Assembly (NCBI GenBank): GCA_016748015.1
Contig: JAAOMT010000466.1
Span: forward strand, 26,222 to 89,778
Direction: 5' to 3'
Source of the DNA: Geosiphon pyriformis uo1
Taxonomy: Eukaryota > Fungi > Glomeromycota
DNA: 63,557 nucleotides
Within the stretch, counting starts at the first letter, position 1; every line of letters starts with the position of its first letter. The notes under the pieces are model-generated. The model was not told the DNA's origin. It did no database searches and was given only the letters and a program-made list of their open reading frames with translations. The position numbers and the translations under genes are program-made. Positions 1-12,816 of the stretch are shown piece after piece.

Positions 1-188
1 AAAGATATAACTACTTCATCTATTTTTATAGCGAAAGGATATTCTTTCTGTGATAGAAGTTTAGCTATTTCTTTTGGGTTTTGTAAACCTTGGGGGAGTA
101 ATTACTTTTCAAAAACTTAAGAGGTTTCGGAGTCTGATGCAAAGTTATCATTACCAGTTTGGTTTGTTAATTTCTTGTGAGAAAGCAT
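1..188 (-). pseudogene. 5' end of a degraded ORF running off the window, possibly a retroelement ORF1
   Basis: ATG at 186-188 reads MLSHKKLTNQTGNDNFASDSETS*VFEK*LLPQGLQNPKEIAKLLSQKEYPFAIKIDEVVIS. It has two in-frame stops and a pyrimidine-rich leader. No diagnostic motif. Confidence 0.2.
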
Positions 189-3100
189 TATAAAAGGTTG
201 ATTGGAAATAAAAACGGGAAAATAAATGAAAGTTAGAGTTGTATAAAGAGTAAGGAAGAGAGTATGAAAGAAATCGGGTTGCTAAAGGCTAGGGTAATAT
301 TAGCTTTTAATTAAAATTTTCAATTTTCAATTTGCCTACTTTTCTTAATTTTTTTACTTTTTCTTTAGCCAAATTTGGAAACTGAGTAATACTTGATTTA
401 ATTTCGTGCCTTTGCTATTGCTATAAAGTTTTATTAACTATTGAAGCTTTGAAATTCTACCATGGAACCAATAAGAAACTATGATTATAATTTATGATGA
501 AGAAATAGCCAAAATACGTTAGCTCACAGAAGAAATTGACACTAGAAAAAGTAATATTTTTTAATAATAATTCTAGTAGTAATTATTATTTATTTACAGG
601 CATAATTACAATTTCGTCTTTTCTGGTGTTATATTTTTTTGAATAAAAGATTTCGTGAATAATTAAGTTAAGTATTCATTCTAACTGTTTTTCATTACAT
701 TATATATAGAAAGTCTCGCCGTATTACAATTTGGTACATGTATTTATTAACTCTAAATCTCACACATTCTCGCATACAATTCGTCAAGCAAATATGAAAG
801 CATATATACGGTTATAAGAATGATCAAATATATTAGAAGCGATAATAATAAAACAGAGTTAGACCTGTACAAACAAAATTTTAATTCAATTTGAAAGTAT
901 TAAACTGTCACTAAAGTCAAAGCTCTAAATAATAAAGGAATAAATGTTTTTATTAAAATCAAATGCATGTGTTTTGATAAACGGTTTATTCATATTGAAA
1001 AGTATTTCTTCAAAAACTGTACAAAAAACTGTTTAAAATTGACCAAACAAATTAGAATTAGACCATAAAAGATTTGAGATGAGTATTTTGCCTGATAAAA
1101 GTAAATTTTTACTATTTGGGCTTGATAAAAACCTATATGATTAGAGCACTTTTGACATATCAACAGATTAAGCCAAAAGTTAAAATTGTGGGCGGTGGAA
1201 TTCTAGAGTTATTTTAATAAAGGATAATATTATCAACAACTTTTAACAAACAATTTTTTATACTGTAAATAATACAAATTTCAATAAAATAATAATTAAA
1301 ACTAAATAACCAAAGAAACAAAAAATTGGTTACAAGAAAATATTCTAAGCATATTCAATTGCTTTAAATAAACTAAAAATTAGATATTTCAGCAATGTTA
1401 TATTTAACTGCTTGAATCATAATAAGTAATAATAAAAACGTTAAATATATTAAATCTTAAAGTTAAATAAAAGCTTCAATTGATAAACTGCTGATCAACG
1501 ATTTTAAAAAGTTCAAGTTTTTGAAAATTTATATATTAAATTTCTTATATACAAATTTTATCTGTTGAATATTTTTAAAAATAATTAAGCATACATTTTG
1601 TATATTATTCAAAAGTTATATTGATTTAAATAAATAATTTTAATGGCAGAATTCATAATTAATAGTTTTAATCATTTTGAAAATAGATAATTTTACACAC
1701 CTGTGCATCAAGATCTGTATTTATATTTAATATTGTAATAAACCATTTTTTTTGGTTATTATGGTGGTTTGGACTTAATGATTAAAAAACACATTTGTTG
1801 AAAATGTTAATTTTTAACCAATTGACTTATTAATCAAATCATTTCATTAATTATTATACTAATATAAATAATATAAAGTTTTCAATGCTAAATATAGTAG
1901 TAAATGACAATTTAAGAAAGAATTAATTTATTTTAAGCAAAAGAGATCTTTAATAAAAACATTAAGCCAAAGAACTTATGAAATAAGATCATTTTGTTTT
2001 CATTTTTATCTTCAAAATGAACTTCAAGTTTCAAGGGCCTTCAATAAATTTCTTAAATTGGTAACTATTAGGAAGGTAATTTTCACAAATTCTATTGTTT
2101 TTTAACTTGACAATTTAAAAAAATCAAATATTGGATAAATAAATCTTACTGGGTACTTTAAATTTTGAAAATAAAATACTTTTTTCAAAGTTTATTTTTT
2201 AAAGCATGAAATTACAATGAATCTTCTTAATTCTAAAATACTCTTAAAGACAATGATTAGAATTTTCAAAAAAAATAATTGCTAAGACAAAAATAATTCG
2301 ATCAAAATTATTTAATAATTTGTTTATTCCTTAAATTAAGTATAATTTTGATCTTTTTATATGTATTTTGAAGAAAAATTCAATCTCAAGAATTTGTGAA
2401 TATTTGATGTAGTTGTGAGCAAGCTAAAATTATTGGAAACCTCTGTTAATGTGATCCTTTAAGAAAATTATTCCAATATTTTAACACTGTCTTGTGCAAA
2501 AAATGTCTAATCAATTTACTTTATTTTTACAGTCTTTTCTAATTTAGAAGTTCTATTTTGCAAGATTTGAAATACATTTTTCAATACATGCTTTAAAAAA
2601 AAATTGGTTAGCATTAATAATTTAAAAACAAAAAAAAATCTCGGGTCTAATTAAAAGTTATCATGCAAATCTGAAAAGATATTATAAAAAAATTAAAATA
2701 GTAGCGAAAATACAATTAAATCAGGACCAAAAAGTTTATTTTTCAATATTGCATTTGGTTAAAAAATTATAAAGCAAATAAAAAAAGCTTTCTTCAAAAT
2801 AGAATGCTTATATATGTTGTTCGAACTAATTGCTAAATGTGCTTGAGCCAAATTTTTTACTCAATCTTAATTTTTTTTATTGCTTATTTAATATCACATA
2901 AGATACATATTAACTTACAGAAAATTATTATGTTTCAAGTAATGATTTATCAATAATAAAATAATATTTTTTATTTAATTCGAGAAATTTTCAGATCTTA
3001 TTTAAAAGCCAATTTTTTCTAAAGCATTTTCATATGAAAAAATAAATTTGACAGTTTTTGTAATTGAAAATAAAAAGTAGATATAGACTCTAATTTTTGT

Positions 3101-5418
3101 TATTTTAAGTATTCTTTCCAATGTCTAATTATTATTAAACAATATGCAACCACCATAAACAGATAATTGTCATATAACAAGATATCTTAAAAAGAGTAAA
3201 TTAATTAAAGAAAAATTAACTAATAAATTTTTTTTATGAAAAATATGTTGAAAATTTTAAAAGTAAGCTTAGGTTTTTTAAAATTTCCAATAAATTTTTA
3301 TATTTCTTTAATATTTAGCTTTTTAACTTCCAAATTTGCCAAGTAATTTAATGTGCTAAAAGCAATAAAATATGCAGAATTACTGCAAAACATTTTAGCA
3401 CTTTTTGTTTTTTGTTGTATTAATTTCTGTTATAATAATAAATAATAAATACCAAAAAATTTATAAAAAGCATTTGAACTTTATTTGAATACAGTAAAGA
3501 TAGAAAGTTTAGTTGTATAATACTTTGTTTTTATAGTAGATTAAAAATAATAAATAAGCAGAAAATAAGCAGAAAATTCATGTTTACTAAACAAACTTAA
3601 GAACTTGAAAAAATTAAATTATTGCTGGTGATAAAAAAATTTTTTAATTTAAAATCGAAATTGATTAAAAAAATTCAAATATATTTGCTGTTATTAATTT
3701 GAAAATTCTAAGCTTATAAAGAATTATTTTTATTAATACTACTAAAAATTTTTATAACAATCTTATAAAACTGTTTATTTTTACCAATAAATTTTTCTTT
3801 ACTTTGGTTTAACTTTTTAGTATTTATTGTAAAAAACTGATGTAGCTTTTATACTTTATATGTTAATCACTTTTTTACTTGTTTATAATAAACAACTACA
3901 TTTAATATAGTTTGTTTTTTAACTTTTTAAAAAATTTAGTATAAAATTTTCATTTCAATATAAGAATAATGCAAATAGATTATTTAAAGATAAAATCTTG
4001 GCAATCTTAGATCTTTAGAGTCTTATAATAAGATTTTTTATTATTATTATAAATAATACCAATTTATTTGCATTGCTAATAAGTTAAAGCTTAAATAAAT
4101 ATCAATGTCTAACTTTTTTAATTTTAATATCAAAAATTATAAAATTTTAAAATATTATTATAAATAGATATTTAATTTAAGATTTATTGAATTATTATTA
4201 GCAAGCAATAAATGAAATTTTTATTACAAATTACTTTATATTAAAGTATTTTTTGATAAAGTTTGTGTATCCATTGAAATTAGTTTTATTTAAAAATTTT
4301 TACTTTAAGCATTTTATTTATATATAATAAATATGATATTTTGTTAAAATATTAAAGCTTTAACAAATGTAATAATAAAACTATTAAGTTTAAATATATA
4401 TTAATTCAGTGCTTTTTAACAAACCTCGATTTTTTTTGGGCGTATTTATTAAAAAGCTGGTATTTTTTTAATGCATTTGTGTAGTAAATGGTATTTAAAA
4501 TTTATTTTAATAAATTTTTAATTTGTAAAAATGAACAAACAGCTTAAAAACAAATTTTAATAAACCAAAAAAAGTAGTTTTGTATTTAAAACAAATTAAT
4601 CAAAATTTTACCATTTGTGATAATGTTAATATTCAGAAGTTTTTCACCAAATGCAATTTTTCTTTAAAGTATTAGTCTCAAAAATAGTTATATAAAAAGT
4701 TTTTTCAAACTTGAAAATAATAATAATAATAATATATTTTAACAATAATCGGAATTAGATAACCAACAAATAAAACATGTTTAACCACATATTTGAGTAA
4801 CAATATTACTAATTTTATAAACTATACAGCCAAAAAGAAAATTAACCAATTTAACCTTAAAAATATTATATGAAACAATTACTTTTTTTGACTTAAAATA
4901 AAAAAGATCTAAATATTGTTTTTTTATATGAAAACTGAGCAGTAAGCAAAAGCAGAATTAGCAGATTCAGATTCCTTAATACAAACAATAGCATATTGTT
5001 ACAAGCCAGTAGGTTTTAACTTATCAGCAGAAACCTTTCAAGTATCTTTATTGAATATTTATTAAAAGAATTTTTTACATTGTTGCACACTAAAAACTTA
5101 AACACCATTTAAAATCTATAATTTGAAGTAATTAAAAAACACAAATATCTATTTAAAAGTTGTATTTCTGTTGCTATTCAGCTTAAGAGCATATTATGAG
5201 TTTGGTCTGTGATAAAAACCTAAATTTTAAAAATTATAAGTTGTTTGATAAAATGTCTTTTTTCAAGTTTATTGATGTTTTAAAATAGATATATGTTATT
5301 CTTTAACTTTATTGTGGGGCCTAAAATAATAGGCTATAAAATATTCCGCCAGTAAAATTTTCTGAGATAGACAGTACAACCTTCAGACAATTTATAATTA
5401 AATTAAATAAAAGCAAAT

Positions 5419-6915
5419 TTATCTTTTTATGATTTGAAAAACTTCATACTCCTCGACAGAAAAATTCACCCGTTGATTTTCTGATCCAAGTAAAGCATGT
5501 TCATATCGACCTCCCTTTTGACAAAAGCAGTTTGAACTATTTTTAAAATCATTGCCACATAATCCAATATTGGCATCTCCAAAAGTGGGTCCATAAGCTA
5601 CCCCACCCCAAGGTCCGGATCCTGTAACAAACTTGCTAAGCATAGCATTTTCAGTTTTATCATCTCCAAGAGAAAAAATAAAACTTCCTTTTCCCTCCAA
5701 CCAATCATCCTTAGAGTGCCAAGATTGTGGGTTAAAGCCGCCAATTATCTGACCAGTTCCTTTCACTTTGATTACGCTAACTGTTGCTCCTTTATAATCG
5801 CATAGTCGATGAAAATCCGCTGGGGTAAATCCGTCTCGACTGCCTCGAAGTAACAATTTAAAATTATTTTCAAGTTGATTTCCAAAAGGAGTATTGTCAT
5901 CTTTGCCTTGAATCCAATGATCAAGCTGTTTTATGTTTTGCGATTTAAGAAGCTTTGTATCAATATTTGATCGAGAACAACGTAATGGCTGAGCGTCTAC
6001 AGACTTTTGATGACTACCCGGTACGAGATAATGATGTAAAAGATCTTCATATAAAGTTCCAGGTAAGATTCTCGCAAATGGTTTTACTTTGTGATAGAAA
6101 TCAACTGAAGATATGTTAAAGAACCGGATTAAAGGTAGAAGCCTTTCGATGGATTCCTTAAAGGCGTTAAAGTTTTCATCTGTCCAATAAAGAACTTTTT
6201 TCGTCTGAATATCGCTATCCAATTTAGCAACTCCCCATTCTACAATCTTTTCCCATATTTCAGTTTCTTCCATATTTATTTCATCCTGGGTTAAATTGAG
6301 ACAAGAGCATTTTCACTAAGGGAGGTAAAATCTTGCGAGTTGAAGACTATAGCTGGATTTTCAACAGCTATTTCGGTGCAGAATTTTTGTAACTTTTTGA
6401 AAGAATCATGCATAAATGAAGTTTTCTGCAAAATAGCAAAATTTTTTTCTAGCTCTTTTGCACGGTGTTCAATCAAATAGTCTTCAAGATGATCAATAAT
6501 GTTTTCTAGAATAAGCTCATCAGCGGTAACAAGCAATTCTAAAATGGTAGGTACTTCATGTTTATCAAGAGAAATCTCGCCATTATAAATGTATCTGCAG
6601 GAAAACAAAACAGTGAATCTTATCTTGCCCCAAATATTCGAAGGAAATGAAAACCCTTACCTGAGAATTATTTCAAAAATCTTTGGTGAGATATTAGGTT
6701 TAGGGAAGATAATGATATTCTTTTCCCTTTTAATCCAATTGCTAGAGTGCGACAGCAAAATATGGTGATCTTGCTGCTAAAATTTGGGAATGAGCATGAA
6801 AAGTTCTAATATTGGGCGCTTCGCCAACTATAATTCTAATATCAGTGAACTTCTGACTGTTAAATAAATTCCCAAAATCATTGGATAAAGCGTGAAAGTA
6901 TTGTTGGGGTGACAT
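5419..6915 (-). pseudogene. BTB/POZ-BACK-TLDc protein, copy A (frameshifted)
   Basis: Nearly identical to 15008-16507 over BTB/BACK, with an intron at 6595-6660 (GTAAGG..TGCAG). A 2-nt deletion near 6745 (GCACTCTAG vs GCACTCTCTAG) and a 1-nt deletion near 6293 (ATTTAA vs ATTTTAA) each create a stop. TLDc motifs LLLRGSRDGF, FHRLCD, IIGGFNP, GPTFG and EYEVFQI are intact. Confidence 0.85.
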
Positions 6916-7571
6916 CGGTAAAATATGAGAGGTCTTTTTCCCTGCGCATCAGTATTTTTGCTAGTTATATACTTATTCGGAGTTGGAGTCACATGTTAAT
7001 CTGCACTTTATCGATTGATCGATTATTTCCGAGTTCCCAATTAAATATTTTCTTCGAGATCAAGATTAAAATATCTAAGCAGTCGAATTTTCAATATACT
7101 ATATAATAATAGCATTTTAAAAACATATACTTTATTTATGTTTTATATTATTTATCTATTATAAGTTTATAAGTTATTATTTTGGCAAAATAAGATTGAT
7201 TTTACATCCAGATTTTTATTGACTAAAACTTTTTCTTTGTTATATTTTATTCTCAAACTATCGAAAAAATATTTTGTATTAAAATAAATTATTCAGAAAT
7301 TGGTAGATTTTGGTTATTTTTACATGTTTACATTTATCTTTCCAAATATTTCAGATTGTTTAATCAAGAAGAATTTTCAATTAAAAGAGAAAAAATATTT
7401 TGCTAATAAGTTTTTTATCTATAATAAAACTTAGTGATCAAATTTAATTATATACCCAAAAAAGTTTCAAGTAAACAATTAACTTGGTAAATAAAAAGTG
7501 TGGCCTTAAATCAGTAAAAAAAAGCAAAAAGAAAATTATTTTACACATGAAAAATGAAAATAATATCCCAA

Positions 7572-7730
7572 AAACATTTAATAAGAAAAAATCTGGATTA
7601 TATCGTACTCTTTAACGGCGCGGGCACATATAATGAGCTAGTGAATATTGCCAGACGATATACAAAAAATGGTGTGATGTTGTGGATATACTTGATAAAA
7701 ACTTACAAGGTAGAGAATCTATTGATCTTT
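7572..7730 (+). pseudogene. C-terminal fragment of an A32-like DNA-packaging ATPase
   Basis: Reads LIRKNLDYIVLFNGAGTYNELVNIARRYTK, then after a frameshift in the A-run WCDVVDILDKNLQGRES. This fits the IRxNxxYxxLF region after the arginine-finger motif of A32-like ATPases. Walker A/B motifs are absent. Confidence 0.45.
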
Positions 7731-8280
7731 CTAATGAGTAGAGTGTGGTTTAGAGATGCGAGAATTTTCTCTGCCTCTTGCAATTCTATCTTCTTTTCTT
7801 CAACCTCACATCGCAATTTTTTATTAGCTTTGACACGCTCCTCATGATCATTAGTAATTCCTCGCATAAATTTACCAAAAGTATTTTCATTATATTCCAG
7901 TAATAGTTGACATAAAACATCGACCTCTTTCTTAACCCTACGATTGATCTCTTCCTCATGATCGCATGTATGGGTATTAGTATCTGAAGTTGTATTTTTT
8001 GGTTAACCATGTCTATATGTGTCTTGACACTAGCTTTGCTATTTTACGATAAATTTTTAAGTGGTTCTATAGTTTGGATTTGTTTTTTATGCTTCCTATT
8101 TAATTCTTTTTTATATACCTCTAATGTATGGTGCAAATAAGTCTCAATTTGATTACATTTTTCAGAAATTTGCTCTGAAGTAATGGGAGACTTATAGTGA
8201 TATAAAAGCCTGTGGTATGCCCTCTTGACTAGACTTTTTGGAAGTTTCGCTATAATGGAGTTGTAATCAGGATGAAACAT
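7725..8280 (-). pseudogene. Intronless hypothetical protein with a C-terminal coiled coil (MFHPDYNSIIAKLP-type repeated Glomeromycotina ORF)
   Basis: ORF 8044-8280 continues past a stop and a frameshift into CDHEEEINRRVKKEVDVLCQLLLEYNENTFGKFMRGITNDHEERVKANKKLRCEVEEKKIELQEAEKILASLN. Confidence 0.55.
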
Positions 8281-8455
8281 TGATTATTAATTTGCGCGCA
8301 AAAAGTTTGTATGCAAAAGATTTACCGACAACAATCAATAAAAAAATAACTATTAATGGCAGGCCGACTCTGAGTCATAAATAAAAGTCTAAAGTACTAG
8401 CCCTCAGGAATACCTTAGATAATTTTAAATAAATATATATATATAGGGAATTGCT

Positions 8456-8740
8456 AAATCGACCCACCTGCAACATGTGATATTAATATATACAGAATTT
8501 TAATATTTATTTATTAGTAATTCTAATAAATATTAGTTTATTAAAATAAAAAATAACTTTTTCTTATATAAAATTGAATATAGATTATATATATGTGCCT
8601 TAAGTAATTTATAGTGTTTTATAATTAAAAAACACTTCGTTGTGGACAACCATAATATTCGTTAATATGTTCCTATATATAGTTGAATACGAAACTATGA
8701 CGTAAAATGATATCACGTGTTGCGGGCGGTGGGTCAATTT
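8456..8740. mobile_element. MITE-like element with ~30-bp imperfect inverted termini
   Basis: AAATCGACCCACCTGCAACATGTGATATTA (8456-8485) is the near reverse complement of TGATATCACGTGTTGCGGGCGGTGGGTCAATTT (8708-8740). The interior is AT-rich and non-coding. No target-site duplication was identified. Confidence 0.5.
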
Positions 8741-8872
8741 TATTCTGTGATAAGTGTTGATCAAACATTCGTGTTACGCAGACATTTTTTTTAATGATCA
8801 CCATATGATGTTGCCCATTGTGATATGTGTATGTAAAAAATAATTAATCAATCTCCATATCTATATTATTTT

Positions 8873-9790
8873 CTAATTGAATTTCCTCCCCCTGGTTTTC
8901 AATATGCGGTGTGAGAACTTTTTACCCCTTTCTTTAACGATCTTAATTTCATTATCGGTAAATTTTCGAATGGCTGAGGGGTGAAGGGTGAAGGATCTAA
9001 TTCGTTGTATCTTATCTCTACCTATACCTTCGGTACTAAAAATCCTGTAAGTATTTAAAGCCGAGCGTTTTCTCTTGTTGAAGATATTACGAGCAGTATC
9101 GGATGGAAACTGACGTCTAATTTCATTATTGAGCATAATCTTGGCGGAACGAAGTGGATTTTTAGACTTTAGCTCTACCGACTTGTCCTCTAATGCTTTT
9201 CCAAGAAGGTAATATGAGTCAAGAATTTCGTATTTTGTGCGGGTCATCTCACGTGTTTGTTTTTCGAGATTCTTCTCAGCTTTAAGGATTTTGTCGTGTA
9301 GTTTAGGGAAATTCATTTGTGGAATTGAGGAATTCTACCTTCTCATTTTCTGGATCAGGTAATTGAGCAAAGACTATTGGCCAAAGAGATAATTCTCTGA
9401 GAAACTTTTCCACTTTCCAGTTTTTTTCTTGTGGGTTTAAGTCGTCATCATCATCATCAAGATAGATAGATTGACGACAACGAGGACAATCCGGGTTTTT
9501 CTTTAGAGAGTTGACAATGCATTTAAGATGGAAGGTATGTTTACAGGTTAATTTCGCGATCGGTTCCAAGTTGGCTCCATTGGGTTCCTATAATGGATCT
9601 GAATCGTTGCATAAAGAGCACGTTTCAGGAGGCGTTTTGCGAGGTTGTCGATCCAGTGGCTTGAGCGATATTGCCATCATCCGGTGAATTAGGCGTTGCC
9701 CGTATATTGAGACCCAAATATTTCTTCATCGATGCTAAATGGCATATACTGCGTTTGCGAAGCGGTGGGATTGGATCTTTCTGTTTCCAT
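8873..9790 (-). pseudogene. RING-H2 finger protein with a helical C-terminal domain
   Basis: CSLC..(in-frame TAG)..LTCKHTFHLKC..CPRC gives the C3H2C3 RING-H2 pattern. A frameshift near 9310 joins ORF 9303-9569 to ORF 8873-9316 (YYLLGKALE..IGRDKIQRIRSF). Confidence 0.7.
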
Positions 9791-10549
9791 AGATGTTTTT
9801 GATTTTTGAGTTGCAATTTTTGAGAGATGGGAAAAATGTAAGGGTTTTTATACTTCGTGTGTGAATGCGTAGCTACTTGTGATAGTCGTGAAAATGACTA
9901 GAATCCACCAGAAGAAAACTGGAATGAATACTATTTTCACACTCTCAGAAAAAATAACTCAATTAAATTGCGTAATAATATACTTTTTATTCGAATAGTT
10001 TGGTATTAAGGAGTTTAGATAAAATTCAACCAGTTCAGATTGAAATTAGTTGCAGTTTTTCAAAATGATGAAATTTAATTTATTAGTTATCATAAAATAT
10101 TGGGCTTAAGATAAATATTATTTTTATTGTTTGAATGGAAATTATGAGAATTTATAGAGCCAAAACACATTATTATCAAATTTTAAGCTTCAGAAAAAAA
10201 GCTATTGAAATTTATTAAAAATTAACAAATAAACAGTCTTGAACTGCTTCAGATCATTTTTCAAAACTTAAGTTATTTTACTTAAAGACCTTCTATAACT
10301 AAAGCTGAATAGCAATTGCTATATATAACTTGTATTTAAATATTAGTTATAGCATTGTCTCTAAATTTTTTATTCATGTATTGCTGCCCAATATTGTTAA
10401 TGCAATATATCTTTTTAAATGTTTAAGTAATTTTTACATTATTAAAAATAGAAAAATCTTTAGTAACAGTATTTTGTATATTTTAATTAAAAAAATATTT
10501 TTCTATGTTAAACAAAAATATATTTGTTTTAGAATTCAATTTTATTTAG

Positions 10550-12420
10550 TTGATTAATGTTACGAAGATTATAACAACTAATAATTAATTAAATATTGTG
10601 CTATATTAGTTTTGTAAAATATATGATCTGTTGTTAATACTCTGTTAATAATAAATAGTCTTTTTTATCGACTTTAATAAATATTGATTCAACATAATTT
10701 GATAAGAGCTTTAATAATTTATGGTGTTGTATATAAATAACTAGTTTTTTTTCTGTTACTATTAACTTGTAATAATTTTGAATTAAATACCTTAAATAAT
10801 TACATAATTAATATCTTTTAATTTTTTATTATTATTCTTATTAATGTGTTTGATTTGATTAGTAGTTATTATACACTTGGTTATTATATTTTGTTAATAA
10901 TAATTAATTACATATAGAAAAAATATTTATTTTTTTATTGGTTATTTTTTAAATGCATATTTTTTCTAAATGCATAAATATAGTTGGTTTTAAGAATATG
11001 TATTTATAGAAAAATTATTGTATATATTTTAATAAACAGTTTAACAAATAATCTACTTTGTATAATTTATTATTAAACATATTTGAATAGTCTTTAAACC
11101 AAATTAAATAATAAATAGCTAAATTTTGTTTAGTTTACTAGTATTTAAGCATATATTATACTAATTAAAAAACTTAAATTTTAATTCTTATTAAACAAGA
11201 AACATAATTAGAAATTAAAATATTATATGTAAAATTTTTCGTAAATTATTTTAAATATAGATTAATATACTTTATTAGCTTAATTATATTATTAACAAAT
11301 TTAACAAAACAATTTATTTAAGTTATATAGAAAAATAATAAAAAATTTAGATTGAGTCATCTTATCAAAAGTTTATATTTATGGCTTATTAATAATACTA
11401 TATAACAAATTAAACAAAGCTTAATAACTTATTATTTAACTTAACTAAACAGTTATTAAATATGTTTTATAATAAACTAAACTATTTTATTAAGAATTTA
11501 TATTTATAACCTGCCAATAATAGTATTAAACAAATTAAACAAAGCTTAATAAATTATTATTTTATATAACTTAATAATTATTTAAATGTATTTAGCAATA
11601 AAATAAGCGATTCTACCAAAATCTATAACAAAATAACAGAATTAAAACTTGTTAAACATATAGACTATATAAAAAAAGTTATAAAATATTTAATTTTTGT
11701 TATTTTGTATTACCAAATAATAAAAATAGCTTTAAAATTTTATTTATAAATAGTTTTAAAATTATAATTATTAATCAAAACAAAAATATGATTAACTATA
11801 TTTAAAAGATTATAATAAATTTGCCAATTCTTTTATAACTTAAAAGTTTTTTTATATTTTTTATTAAAATTTTTTGAGTTGAACTTGGAATCTATCTAAA
11901 ATTTAATATTCAAATATAAGAGTTATTATCTTATAAAGTAATAACCAAATTTTTTATATAATAAAAATTTTGTAATATTAAGTTTACAACTTTCCAAATA
12001 ATTAATGTATAGAAATTAGACCACTTCTCTATTAATATTGTTGTCAAGTGAAAATTGAATTATTAATTAACATGAAATTATTCTTATAATTTATATTATT
12101 AATTAGTACATAATATTATTTTCAATTTATTACTTATTATTTAACCAAATTATTAAATATTACTATTCAGTTAATAACTCAATTTGTACAATACACAAGT
12201 GTAACTAAATACAATAATCAGATTATGTAATATCTTAGACTATATAACCTTTAATAATTCACTAAAATATTTAGAAATTTGCCAAAATATTTAAAATATT
12301 TAATAGTTTACTAAAATAACTTATAGTTTGCTAAAATATACATTTACTTCATTGAGATATTAACAAAAAAAAGTGTTAAAACTCAGAATAGTATTATAAC
12401 AAATTGTATAAAAAAATAGT
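10550..12420. mobile_element. AT-eroded retroelement relic, possibly gag plus an LTR-like end
   Basis: Extreme C/G depletion. Residual LNYFIKNL near 11480 resembles the LNQFIRGL-type gag motif. 12170-12415 is similar to 32610-32825. Confidence 0.3.
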
Positions 12421-12699
12421 TTCTTTTTTCAAGAAAATATATTTTATTTTAGATTAAAACACAATAATTAATTAATTACTACAAATTAATAAAATAAAAT
12501 CTTTGAAAATTCATAACGCTTAATAATTCAATACTGTTTCAAAAATTATTATCTTTAACTAATAATTTGAAATTGATTTGCTACAAATTTCAATAACTTT
12601 TTTGGCAATTCTAACCTGCACAAAAGACATTTTTTTTATCATTTCTTTTTATTTTAAATTCTTTTTTTCTTTTATTTTTTAAATCACTGGGTAGTCAAC

Positions 12700-12816
12700 A
12701 GTTAAAATTTTCTGTAAAAAACTTGACTTTTACAGTAAAGTAACTACGCATTCCTGAAGAGCTTATAGTTGAAGATTTGTGTAAAAGAGTTGACTTTTAT
12801 TGCAAAGTAACTACAC
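12700..12816 (+). repeat. Two-copy imperfect tandem repeat, ~68-bp period
   Basis: TGTAAAAAACTTGACTTTTACAGTAAAGTAACTACGCA recurs as TGTAAAAGAGTTGACTTTTATTGCAAAGTAACTACACA. Confidence 0.6.

Larger units (their letters stand above)
7572..9950. mobile_element. Probable remnant of a Maverick/Polinton-like (virus-like) element
   Basis: A GC-richer, intronless block of three degraded ORFs. It starts exactly where homology to the upstream region of BTB copy D (57340-57420) ends. It contains a fragment resembling the C-terminus of A32/FtsK-like packaging ATPases. Family assignment is recalled, not searched. Confidence 0.45.
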
